Shown here in pieces: positions 49,864 to 58,995 of a stretch of DNA of 64,000 nucleotides (the stretch's first letter is position 1; the number at the start of each line of letters is the position of its first letter). Location of the stretch: the IMG/VR virus record IMGVR_UViG_2716884767_000001, positions 1 through 64,000 of that record. One strand, given 5' to 3'. Position numbers and translations under genes: made by a program. The notes under the pieces were generated by a model that saw only the letters and a list, made by a program, of their open reading frames with translations, was not told the origin of the DNA and made no database searches. Origin of the DNA: a virus.

Positions 49864-51330
49864 ATGTCACATTTGATTATATCAAAGAAGAATGAGGTCT
49901 ATCTAAAAATAAATGCGGAACCTCATATCTATTATGAGTTGTCGGATCAATTCACCTTTGATATTCCAAATGCAAAGTTTTCACCAGCATATAAGAAGAA
50001 ATATTGGGACGGTAAGATAAGACTTTTTAATACTCAGAAGGGAGAAATATACGTTGGATTATTAGATCGAATTATACAATTCTGTAAAGATCATAGTTAT
50101 ACTTATGAGTTTGTTGATAGTGAATACTATGGACTACCCTTTGAGGTCAATGATTTTATATCATCTGAGGGTGTCAAAGACTATATGAATGCAATATCTA
50201 AATTTAAACCTAGAGATTATCAAATCGAGGGAGTATACGACGCTTTAAAACATAATAGAAAATTATTGATATCTCCAACTGCTTCGGGTAAATCGTTGAT
50301 GATATATTCGATTGTTCGATATTATGTTGGAAATAAGAAAAATATTCTGATAGTTGTTCCGACGACATCGTTAGTAGAACAGATGTATAAAGATTTTGAA
50401 GACTATGGTTGGAATGTGGGTTCATTTTGCCATAAGGTATACGCAGGTAAGGAAAGAGAGACGGACTCTCAAGTTATCATTACGACTTGGCAATCAATCT
50501 ACAAACTCCCCAGAAAGTATTTTGAGAGATTCTCTGTGGTAATTGGGGATGAGGCGCACCAGTTTAAATCAAAGTCATTAATATCTATAATGTCAAAACT
50601 TGACAGTGCAAAGTATCGATTTGGATTTACAGGCACATTAGACGGAAGTGAGACTCATAAATGGGTTCTTGAGGGATTGTTCGGACCTTCCTATAAGATC
50701 ATTAAAACTGACGAGCTCATGAAGAAAGGGCACCTTGCAAAACTAGATATCAACGTGCTTTTGTTGAAACACCCACCGAATAAATTTGAAAATTTTGAGG
50801 AAGAAGTTCAGTATATAATTGGACATGGAAAACGAAATAACTTCATTAAAAACCTTGCACTCGATCTCAAAGGCAATACTTTGATACTGTTTGCAAGAGT
50901 TGAAAAACATGGAGAACCTCTTTACAATTTGATAAATAGTAACAACATTATTGAAAATCGAAATGTCTTTTTTATTCATGGTGGAGTGGAAACCGAGGAC
51001 AGGGAAAAAGTTCGAGAAATCACTGAAAAAGAGAATGATGCTATTATCGTTGCCTCGTACGGGACTTTTTCCACTGGGATTAATATCAAAAATTTACACA
51101 ATATAATTTTTGCATCCCCCTCAAAATCAAGAATACGTAATTTACAGTCAATCGGAAGAGTTCTAAGAAAAGGAAACCAGAAGACAAGAGCAACTCTTTA
51201 CGATATTGCTGATGACATTAGTTATAAATCTCGAAAAAATTATACTCTAAACCACTTAATTGAAAGAATAAAAATTTACAATGAAGAAAATTTTGATTAT
51301 GATATAGTCAACATACCACTTAAAAAATAA
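49864..51330 (+). CDS. uvsW: RNA-DNA/DNA helicase UvsW
   Basis: WDGKIRLF, SPTASGKS, DEAH and LQSIGRVLR. Confidence 0.97.
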   Translation: MSHLIISKKNEVYLKINAEPHIYYELSDQFTFDIPNAKFSPAYKKKYWDGKIRLFNTQKGEIYVGLLDRIIQFCKDHSYTYEFVDSEYYGLPFEVNDFISSEGVKDYMNAISKFKPRDYQIEGVYDALKHNRKLLISPTASGKSLMIYSIVRYYVGNKKNILIVVPTTSLVEQMYKDFEDYGWNVGSFCHKVYAGKERETDSQVIITTWQSIYKLPRKYFERFSVVIGDEAHQFKSKSLISIMSKLDSAKYRFGFTGTLDGSETHKWVLEGLFGPSYKIIKTDELMKKGHLAKLDINVLLLKHPPNKFENFEEEVQYIIGHGKRNNFIKNLALDLKGNTLILFARVEKHGEPLYNLINSNNIIENRNVFFIHGGVETEDREKVREITEKENDAIIVASYGTFSTGINIKNLHNIIFASPSKSRIRNLQSIGRVLRKGNQKTRATLYDIADDISYKSRKNYTLNHLIERIKIYNEENFDYDIVNIPLKK

Positions 51331-51734
51331 TGGGAGAAGAATTTTACGCAATACTCAAGTTAGTTTCAGGAGAAGAAATCTTCTCACTTATCGTTGTGGA
51401 TAATGAAAATGATGATGATACTGTGATTGTCCTTCAAAATCCTGTTATCATGTGGTCAGTTGTAAGTCCAGCTGGAACTTTTGTTAAAGTTAAACCTTGG
51501 ATGGAATTACCTGATGAGGATATTTTTATAATAAGACTTGATAAAGTCATCACTATGACAGAATCAAATGATAAAAAATTAATTAATTTATATAACCACT
51601 ACATTAATGATGAGGAACCTATTTACAAAGAAAATGGTTTGATAAAACCAAATTATGAAATGGGTTACATTTCTTCGGTTGAAGAAGCTCGTAAGAATTT
51701 AGAGAAAGTCTTTAAGCTTAATAAAGAAACATAA
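51330..51734 (+). CDS. Conserved hypothetical protein (Sm-like fold)
   Basis: LKLVSGEEI..LQNP..PW motif; typical position between uvsW and gp55. Confidence 0.8.
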   Translation: MGEEFYAILKLVSGEEIFSLIVVDNENDDDTVIVLQNPVIMWSVVSPAGTFVKVKPWMELPDEDIFIIRLDKVITMTESNDKKLINLYNHYINDEEPIYKENGLIKPNYEMGYISSVEEARKNLEKVFKLNKET

Positions 51735-51768
51735 CTATATTATATCCCTTCCAAACCTTACAAAGGTT

Positions 51769-51818
51769 ATTGTACACATATTTACACTACTTGTCAAGTA
51801 TCCAAAATATGTTATAAT
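51769..51818. promoter_or_regulatory. Overlapping divergent sigma70-like promoters
   Basis: Minus strand: TTGACA(51797-51792)-17-TACAAT(51774-51769). Plus strand: TTGTCA(51791)-16-TATAAT(51813), towards gp55. Confidence 0.7.
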
Positions 51819-51843
51819 ATTCATATGAAAACAATAATTTGTT

Positions 51844-52365
51844 ATGCCCAGAAAAAAGTCAGAACACTATGTAAATAACAAGGAATTACTTCAAGCAATA
51901 ACAATTTATAGATCAAAGGTTTTAATTGCTAAAAGTGAATATATTAAGAAATATGATCAAGATCCACCTAAGTCAGGACCGTGGGAGGGTAAACCCCCTA
52001 TTTCAAATTATCTTGGTTCTTGTTTCTTAAAGATCGCAACACACTTGTCGTATAAACCGAACTTTGTTAATTATATGTTCCGTGAAGACATGATATCGGA
52101 TGGAATCGAAAATTGTGTTCAGTACATACATAACTTTGATCCTGAGAAGTCTAAAAATCCTTTTGCTTATTTTACACAGGTAATACATTATGCATTCCTT
52201 AGACGTATTCAAAAAGAAAAGAAACAATTAGATATTAAAACAAAGATTATTGAAAGAAGTGGATTTGACGAAGTTATGGCAGTTGATGATAATGCAATGT
52301 CAGGAAGTAGTTCTGATTTCAATACTATTAAAGATAATATTCAATATCGTAATAATAATCGATGA
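51844..52365 (+). CDS. gp55: Late transcription sigma factor gp55
   Basis: HYVNNKE, PNFVNY..REDMISDGIENC and NPFAYFTQ...AFLRRIQKEK. Confidence 0.97.
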   Translation: MPRKKSEHYVNNKELLQAITIYRSKVLIAKSEYIKKYDQDPPKSGPWEGKPPISNYLGSCFLKIATHLSYKPNFVNYMFREDMISDGIENCVQYIHNFDPEKSKNPFAYFTQVIHYAFLRRIQKEKKQLDIKTKIIERSGFDEVMAVDDNAMSGSSSDFNTIKDNIQYRNNNR

Positions 52366-52478
52366 AACTAGGATTAATTGGAATTATTTTTATTATGCTT
52401 TTACATTTTATAGGTATATCTGTGTCAGAATTTTACACAAATCCGAATGACAATGAAATTTTATGGAGAGATGAATGA
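52362..52478 (+). CDS. Small membrane protein (38 aa, MKLGLIGIIFIMLLHFIGISV...)
   Basis: Translated by hand; ATGA overlaps at both ends. Confidence 0.6.
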   Translation: MKLGLIGIIFIMLLHFIGISVSEFYTNPNDNEILWRDE

Positions 52479-53509
52479 AAGTTGCCATAATTACAGATAC
52501 TCATTACGGTGCACGTAAGGGATCTACATCCCTTCATGAATACTTTCAGTTATTTTATGATAATGTATTTTTTCCTACTTTAGAAAAAGAGGGTGTAGAT
52601 ACCATAATTCATATGGGAGACATATTTGATAGTCGTAAATCAATCGATTATCAGAGTTTGGAGTGGTCAAAGAAAGTTGTTTTTGATCCAATGAGAAAGT
52701 ATAAGGTCTATGCAATTACTGGTAATCATGATTGTTATTACAAAAATACTAATTATGTAAATTCACCAGAACTCTTGTTAAATGATTATTCAAATATATC
52801 AACTTTCTCAAAAGCAACTGAAATTAATTTAAATGGATTAGATATATTATTATTACCTTGGATTAATTCTGAAAATTATGAGCATACAACTAATCTAATC
52901 AGTGAAACCAAAAGTAAGGTGGCAATGGGTCATCTCGAACTGAATGGATTTAGAGCTACTCGTGGTCATATGATGGAGAATGGAATGGATGTTGATATAT
53001 TCGATAAGTTTGATGTAGTTTATTCTGGACATTTTCATACAAGATCAACTAACGGAAAGATACATTACTTAGGTAATCCATATGAGATGTATTGGAATGA
53101 TGTAAATGATACAAGAGGATTTCATATCTTTGATACGGATGACCTCACTCATACTCCAGTTAACAATCCTTATAAATTATTCTATAACGTATATTATGAA
53201 GATAGTAATTATAAATTATTTAATACGACTGAATATAAAAATAAAATTGTTAAATTGATCGTTCGTAAAAAATCTGATCCTAAAAACTTTGAAAAATTTG
53301 TAGACAAACTTTACTCTTCTGGAATTAAAGATTTAAAAATAATTGAAAATTTTGCAATAGAGGAGGGTGAGAATTTTGAAATAGAGGAAGAGGAGAGTAC
53401 AATTTCAATATTAAATCGTTATATTGATGAATCTGATATTGAATTTGATAAGAATATTATCAAAAATATTTTTCAAGATCTTTATCGACAAGCTTGCGAG
53501 GTAGAGTAA
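52475..53509 (+). CDS. gp47: Recombination endonuclease subunit gp47 (Mre11/SbcD-like)
   Basis: DTHYG, GDIFD, GNHD and SGHFH phosphoesterase motifs. Confidence 0.97.
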   Translation: MKVAIITDTHYGARKGSTSLHEYFQLFYDNVFFPTLEKEGVDTIIHMGDIFDSRKSIDYQSLEWSKKVVFDPMRKYKVYAITGNHDCYYKNTNYVNSPELLLNDYSNISTFSKATEINLNGLDILLLPWINSENYEHTTNLISETKSKVAMGHLELNGFRATRGHMMENGMDVDIFDKFDVVYSGHFHTRSTNGKIHYLGNPYEMYWNDVNDTRGFHIFDTDDLTHTPVNNPYKLFYNVYYEDSNYKLFNTTEYKNKIVKLIVRKKSDPKNFEKFVDKLYSSGIKDLKIIENFAIEEGENFEIEEEESTISILNRYIDESDIEFDKNIIKNIFQDLYRQACEVE

Positions 53510-53766
53510 TGTATCTCTTAACACTCAAAAATAAAAGAGATGAGGGAGTATACGCTGTAGATGATCGGCGTGGAAATCTTGTTTTGTTTTTATTTGAGGA
53601 TGAAGATGATGCGACTCGATATGCTATGATGTTAGAAGAAGATGAACAAAAAGAAATGGTCGTTGTTGAAATTGATGATGATCTTGCATTGAAAACATGT
53701 AAAATGAACAATTACAAGTATGCAGTAATTACACCTAATGACATTGTTATTCCACCCAAAAAATGA
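53509..53766 (+). CDS. Conserved hypothetical protein (DUF3110-like)
   Basis: EGVYAV..LFLFEDEDDA.RYA..LE; ATG 53509 overlaps the gp47 stop. Confidence 0.8.
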   Translation: MYLLTLKNKRDEGVYAVDDRRGNLVLFLFEDEDDATRYAMMLEEDEQKEMVVVEIDDDLALKTCKMNNYKYAVITPNDIVIPPKK

Positions 53767-55493
53767 TAACTTTTAAAACTATAAAATGGAAAAATTTTCT
53801 TTCAACTGGTGATCACTGGAATGAAATTAATTTTTTAGAAAAAAATACAAACTTAATAATCGGCACAAACGGTTCTGGTAAGTCTACAATGTTGGATGCT
53901 CTAACATTTGCTTTATTCAATAAACCTTTTCGTAAGATAAACAAATCACAGTTGATGAATAGTGCAAATGAAAGAGATTGTCTAGTTGAATTAGACTTTT
54001 CTGTGAATAATAGAGATTATATTGTTCGTCGAGGAATGAAACCAAATATCTTTGATATTGAAATCAATGGTAACCTAATGAATCGACAGGCAGATGATAG
54101 ATCTAATCAAAAAATATTAGAGGAAAGTATTCTAAAGGTAAATTATAAATCATTTACACAGATTGTAATATTGGGTAGTAGTACGTTTGTTCCATTTATG
54201 CAGTTAAGTGGGTCAAATCGGAGAGATGTGATAGAGGATCTCTTAGATATACGTATTTTCTCTGCAATGAATCAGTTAATTAAAGATCAAATTAGAGAGA
54301 AAAAAGAAAAGGTAAGATCTCTTGATCTCAAAAAAGATAACCTAAAAGATAAAATGACAATGCAAAAGAATTTTATCAAAGAATTGGAGGATAGGGGTAA
54401 GAGTGATATTACAATTAGTAAAGATAAAATTAATACTTTAATCACTGAAACTGATAATTATGTTACGACTAATGAGGGGTTAGAACTTGAGGTAACTGGT
54501 CTCATAGAGGATCAAGAAAAGGTTACAGGTGCAGGAAAAAAGTTACTAAAGCTTAACAATTTAAAGGGTAAATTATCTAATAAAGTAACAACCCTTACTA
54601 AAGAACATAAGTTCTTTAAAGATAATGTATCATGCCCTACATGTACTCAACCAATAGAGGAAGAGTTTCGTTTAAATAGAATTACTGACGTTCAAACTAA
54701 AGCTAAGGAACTTAAGAAAGGTTATAAAGACCTTGAAGAGACCATCAAAAAAGAGCAAGACCGAGAACGTCAGTTTCAAAAATTATCAAAGGAGATTACT
54801 AAACTCAATAATGACATTTCTCAAAATAACACTCGCATCTCTTTTAACCAAAGACAAATCAGAGATCTTGAATCAGAAATTCAAATTACTACCGAGCAAT
54901 TTAAAAACAGAAATACTGAACATGAAAAACTAAAAGAGTTTAAGGACAATCTTAAAGATACAATTGATGAACTTTCAGTTCATCGAGAAGATATAAATCA
55001 CCACGACTTTGCATATTCCCTACTCAAAGATGATGGTGTAAAAACAAAAATTATAAAAAAATATCTACCATTTATCAATCAACAGGTAAATCGATACTTG
55101 CAATTGATGGATTTTTATATTAATTTTACTTTAGATGAAGAGTTTAGAGAGACTGTAAAATCTCCTATTCATGAAGACTTCTCTTATGCATCCTTTAGTG
55201 AAGGTGAAAAGATGAGAATTGATTTAGCACTTTTGTTTACTTGGAGAGAAGTTGCAAGAGTTAAAAATTCTGTTAACACAAATCTGTTAATTATGGACGA
55301 AGTATTTGATTCATCTCTTGATGGATTTGGGACAGATGAATTTCTCAAAATTATTCGTTATATTATAAAGGGTGCTAATATATTTGTGATATCACATAAG
55401 TCTGACTTAAATGATAAGTTCGAAAATGTAATTAAATTTGATAAAGTCAAAGGATTTTCAAAAATTTGTTCTTCTCAACATTATGAACAGTAA
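53763..55493 (+). CDS. gp46: Recombination ATPase gp46 (Rad50/SbcC-like)
   Basis: GTNGSGKST, CPTC zinc hook, FSEGEK signature and DEVFDSSLD. Confidence 0.97.
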   Translation: MITFKTIKWKNFLSTGDHWNEINFLEKNTNLIIGTNGSGKSTMLDALTFALFNKPFRKINKSQLMNSANERDCLVELDFSVNNRDYIVRRGMKPNIFDIEINGNLMNRQADDRSNQKILEESILKVNYKSFTQIVILGSSTFVPFMQLSGSNRRDVIEDLLDIRIFSAMNQLIKDQIREKKEKVRSLDLKKDNLKDKMTMQKNFIKELEDRGKSDITISKDKINTLITETDNYVTTNEGLELEVTGLIEDQEKVTGAGKKLLKLNNLKGKLSNKVTTLTKEHKFFKDNVSCPTCTQPIEEEFRLNRITDVQTKAKELKKGYKDLEETIKKEQDRERQFQKLSKEITKLNNDISQNNTRISFNQRQIRDLESEIQITTEQFKNRNTEHEKLKEFKDNLKDTIDELSVHREDINHHDFAYSLLKDDGVKTKIIKKYLPFINQQVNRYLQLMDFYINFTLDEEFRETVKSPIHEDFSYASFSEGEKMRIDLALLFTWREVARVKNSVNTNLLIMDEVFDSSLDGFGTDEFLKIIRYIIKGANIFVISHKSDLNDKFENVIKFDKVKGFSKICSSQHYEQ

Positions 55494-55524
55494 CTGCTAA
55501 ATAATTTTAGATTCGGTTAACCGT

Positions 55525-55773
55525 ATGCTTTTACAAGAGGCTTGTAATTCTCTAAAATTAGAATGTGCGTTGAGAGAATTGGGGTTTGTAGATATAGGAT
55601 GGAAATGTGTTGCACATGCAGGTATATTTTTTGTACAACCCATGGGTATACCTGACAACCCAGAAGGGGACTTACTTGGATTTGCATTGACAGTTCCCTA
55701 TGCAAGAGATTATAATAAAATTAAACTAATGACCACGGCAAAAAAAGCACTCGATTATGCTCAAGGAATATGA
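55525..55773 (+). CDS. Hypothetical protein (82 aa)
   Basis: ORF with late-type CTAAATA at 55497. Confidence 0.7.
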   Translation: MLLQEACNSLKLECALRELGFVDIGWKCVAHAGIFFVQPMGIPDNPEGDLLGFALTVPYARDYNKIKLMTTAKKALDYAQGI

Positions 55774-55934
55774 ACACACCTAACTGGCAACACCACTCCA
55801 AGAAGGAGAAAAAACGAAAACTTAAACCACAAGCTCTACGTTCTGCAAGAGAGAGACGTAGACAGTTATTAAAGTGTCTACTCAACCCTGCCAATGGTAG
55901 GGTTTCTTTGTATAATGAGTATATCAGACAATAA
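55770..55934 (+). CDS. Small basic conserved cyanophage protein (54 aa, PNWQHHSKK)
   Basis: Translated by hand; ATGA overlap; its 3' end contains the next promoter. Confidence 0.7.
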   Translation: MNTPNWQHHSKKEKKRKLKPQALRSARERRRQLLKCLLNPANGRVSLYNEYIRQ

Positions 55935-55939
55935 TCCTC
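55859..55939 (+). promoter_or_regulatory. Early promoter cassette
   Basis: TAGACAGT-tattaa-AGTGTCTA at 55859-55880; hairpin AACCCTGCC-AAT-GGTAGGGTT; TATAAT at 55911-55916 (30-nt spacing). Confidence 0.75.
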
Positions 55940-58153
55940 ATGACCATCCAATACGAAATCAAATCTCAATTAGCAAAGTTACTTGCAACAGAAGACCTTG
56001 TTGTTGAGCACAAGCAAGTTCAGACTGCATCGTTCAATGTTGTAAGTCGAGTATTGACTCTACCTATGTGGAACAATACAACAGAAGAAGTTGTTGATAT
56101 GTTGGTAAGTCATGAAGTAGGACACGCACTCTATACTCCTACTGACGAGTGGTATAAGGAATATAAGATCAATCCAAACGTTGTTAATGTTGTAGAGGAT
56201 GCACGTATTGAGAAGTTAATGAAACGTCGTTATGAGGGTATCACAAAGACTTTCTACAAAGGATATACAGAATTACATAGTCAAGATTTCTTTGAAGTTA
56301 AGAAGAAAGATATCTCTAAGTTGAGTCTTGCTGATCGTATTAACCTATTCTTTAAGATTGGATCACACTATAGAATTTCCTTCACAGAATATGAGCAAAC
56401 ACTTGTAGATCGTGTTGCAGAATGTGAAACATTCCAAGATGTATTGGAAGTATCTAAAGATATTTACGAGTATTGTATGGAAGAGATTGAGAAGAGAAAA
56501 CAAGAGCAAGAGATAGAGCAAGATGCAGGACTAGAGATGGATAGTGGTGATGGTCAAAATAGTGGTGGAACAGGATCAGAACTTGAAGATGTAAAAGACG
56601 ATTGGTATGATGAAGATGGTAATATGACTGAACCTGATGAAGATGGTTCTGATGTTGAAAGTCATCAAGTTAGACCAGAAGGAATTAGTGGTGGTGGTTC
56701 TCAAATGGGAACTGGTGAATCAGAAATTGCTGAGACTGCTGAGAGTCTTGAGAGAGCATTAAAGAATCTTGCAGTTATGGAAGGTCTAGAAAATCACTAT
56801 CTAGAATTACCTGATGTAGATACAGATCAAATCATTATCGACAATGATGTTATTCATGCAATATGTGATGCTCACTTCGAATCCATTCGTAATGACTTTG
56901 AAGAAAAAAGTAAGATAGTAGGTTTAGAAAGAGATTGGTCATTGTATAGTTTGGAAGAATCAATCAAGAGTATGGCAGAAACAGATAAAGAGTTTCTTAA
57001 GTTTAAGAAAGAAGCACAGAAAGAAGTCAATTATCTTGTTAAAGAATTTGAGATGAAGAAGTCTGCAGGTGCCTATGCTCGTGCTACTACAAGTCGTACT
57101 GGTATTCTTGATACAAGTAAATTACACACTTACAAATACAACGAAGACTTATTTAAAAAAGTTTCTATTCTTCCAGATGGTAAAAATCATGGATTGATAT
57201 TTGTTCTTGATTGGTCTGGTTCAATGTCTCGTGAGATGTTGGATACTATCAAACAACTTTACAATCTAATTTGGTTCTGCAACAAAGTTCAAATACCTTT
57301 TGAGGTTTATGCTTTCACTGAAAACTTTCCTAATCAAGATGAAAATGGTATTCCGAAAGAATCTTATGAACCAAAAAATGGATTGTTTTCAATTAGACCT
57401 GGTTTTAGTTTGATGAATTTATTTACCAGTAAAGTTCGTGGTAAAAACTTAGAAAATCAATTAAAGAATATATTCTATATTGCTACAGCATTTAATAATT
57501 TTAATGGAGGTAGAGTCGTTCCTTTTGGTATGAGTTTATCAGGTACACCACTTAATGAGTCAATCGTAGCACTACACAAAATCATTCCACAGTTCCGTAA
57601 AGAGAATGGTGTTGAGAAAGTCAATTGTGTAATACTTACAGATGGTGAAGCATATCAATTAAATTATCATCAAGAAGTTCAAAGGAACTGGGAAGATACA
57701 CCATACATGGGGTCACGTTCAATAGACAACAGTTGTTTCCTACGTAATCGTAAAACAGGTAAAACATATCGAACAGGTGACAACTGGTCTACATTCACAC
57801 CAATTCTACTTCAAGACCTTCGTGATACTTATCCTGATGTAAACTTTGTTGGTATTCGCATCATGTCACCAAGAGACCTTTCTAGTTTCCTTCGCATCAA
57901 CTGTGATGACTATAATAGTCCAGATGTTGAAAAGCATAGACTTTCTTGGAAAAAGACAAAAGCAGTTGCAATTAAAGGATGTGGATATCATGTTTACTTT
58001 GGATTATCATCTGCTGCCCTTTCAAATGATTCTGAATTTGAGGTCGAAGAGGGTGCAACCAAGGCACAAATCAAGAGAGCATTTACTAAGTCATTGACTG
58101 CAAAGAAAATGAACAAGAAAATCTTGAATGAGTTTGTAACCATGATTGCCTAA
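55940..58153 (+). CDS. HExxH metallopeptidase-like + vWA domain protein (CobT-like MoxR partner)
   Basis: SHEVGHALYT, NVVEDARIEK, acidic linker, MIDAS LDWSGSM, SGTPLNE and ILTDGE. Confidence 0.9.
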   Translation: MTIQYEIKSQLAKLLATEDLVVEHKQVQTASFNVVSRVLTLPMWNNTTEEVVDMLVSHEVGHALYTPTDEWYKEYKINPNVVNVVEDARIEKLMKRRYEGITKTFYKGYTELHSQDFFEVKKKDISKLSLADRINLFFKIGSHYRISFTEYEQTLVDRVAECETFQDVLEVSKDIYEYCMEEIEKRKQEQEIEQDAGLEMDSGDGQNSGGTGSELEDVKDDWYDEDGNMTEPDEDGSDVESHQVRPEGISGGGSQMGTGESEIAETAESLERALKNLAVMEGLENHYLELPDVDTDQIIIDNDVIHAICDAHFESIRNDFEEKSKIVGLERDWSLYSLEESIKSMAETDKEFLKFKKEAQKEVNYLVKEFEMKKSAGAYARATTSRTGILDTSKLHTYKYNEDLFKKVSILPDGKNHGLIFVLDWSGSMSREMLDTIKQLYNLIWFCNKVQIPFEVYAFTENFPNQDENGIPKESYEPKNGLFSIRPGFSLMNLFTSKVRGKNLENQLKNIFYIATAFNNFNGGRVVPFGMSLSGTPLNESIVALHKIIPQFRKENGVEKVNCVILTDGEAYQLNYHQEVQRNWEDTPYMGSRSIDNSCFLRNRKTGKTYRTGDNWSTFTPILLQDLRDTYPDVNFVGIRIMSPRDLSSFLRINCDDYNSPDVEKHRLSWKKTKAVAIKGCGYHVYFGLSSAALSNDSEFEVEEGATKAQIKRAFTKSLTAKKMNKKILNEFVTMIA

Positions 58154-58176
58154 ATATAAAAAAAGTGTCTAGTGAA

Positions 58177-58668
58177 ATGAAGACCTATAAAGAATTCATG
58201 CAAGAGAGTAGTCTCTCTCGAATCAAAAGTAAATCTGATAAGGGTGGTATTGCTACAATGTCCGCATCCAGAGCAGATAAGTCTGCAAAGGAAAATCGTG
58301 CAAGGGCAAAACAATTAGACCGAGATATTCGTGGTAGAGGATTAGGTGGTGCTACAAAGGTAACTGGTTCATATGTTGAGAAAGATGATAAGACTGGTAA
58401 AGAGAAGAAAGTAAAGGAGAGGAGTCATGTAGTCTCCTCTGGTAAGATGGGTAAGAGAAAGTTTAAGAAAACAGTCAAGGCACTTGGTAAAAAGTACGGA
58501 CAAGATTCTGTGTTGACACAAACGAAAAAAACTGGTACACTATCAGCAACAAGAAAAGGTGGACTTGGCAAATCAAAAAATATAAAACTAGGAAAATTTA
58601 AACCACAGGGTAAAAACCCAGAGGGTCAATCTCAAATCAAAGGCAAAACTTTCACATACGGAAAATGA
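58177..58668 (+). CDS. Basic protein with capsid-targeting sequence; putative internal head protein (163 aa)
   Basis: Begins MKTYKEFMQE (T4 CTS: MKTYQEFIAE); CTAAATA at 58150; LG.KY.QDSVL motif. Confidence 0.8.
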   Translation: MKTYKEFMQESSLSRIKSKSDKGGIATMSASRADKSAKENRARAKQLDRDIRGRGLGGATKVTGSYVEKDDKTGKEKKVKERSHVVSSGKMGKRKFKKTVKALGKKYGQDSVLTQTKKTGTLSATRKGGLGKSKNIKLGKFKPQGKNPEGQSQIKGKTFTYGK

Positions 58669-58913
58669 CAACACCACTTTACGATGACTCCAATTGGAGA
58701 GAAGAATATAAAAGTTACATAAGTAACAAGATGGAACTTGATTTGCTAGAGAATGGACCTAAGAGTCTATCTCAATCTTGGCATCTTCAAGCACTTTATT
58801 CAGACTGGAAAAAAATGAAGGGATATAATAAATTAGATCCAAAAGAAAATAAAGGTCAACTTCAATCTTCTATGACTGAATTTTTTCAAAGTCAAAAAGA
58901 TCAGGGTATATAA
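58665..58913 (+). CDS. Conserved cyanophage hypothetical protein (82 aa)
   Basis: NWREEYK..LLENGPKSLSQSW motif. Confidence 0.8.
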   Translation: MTTPLYDDSNWREEYKSYISNKMELDLLENGPKSLSQSWHLQALYSDWKKMKGYNKLDPKENKGQLQSSMTEFFQSQKDQGI

Positions 58914-58995
58914 ACCAGTTAAATAAGTGGCACACACATGGTTGTTTTGATATTGATATCGATTATAATAAGTATATCAAACAAAGAACTACATC
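58912..58995 (+). promoter_or_regulatory. Early promoter cassette
   Basis: AAACCAGT-taaata-AGTGGCAC at 58912-58933; TATAAT at 58964-58969 (30-nt spacing); GTATAT downstream. Confidence 0.75.

Noticed and set aside
37734-55493. Inteins, introns or homing endonucleases in gp17, gp20, gp23, uvsW, gp46 or gp47
   Set aside because: The ORFs are uninterrupted and of ordinary length, with no splicing or nuclease motifs seen.
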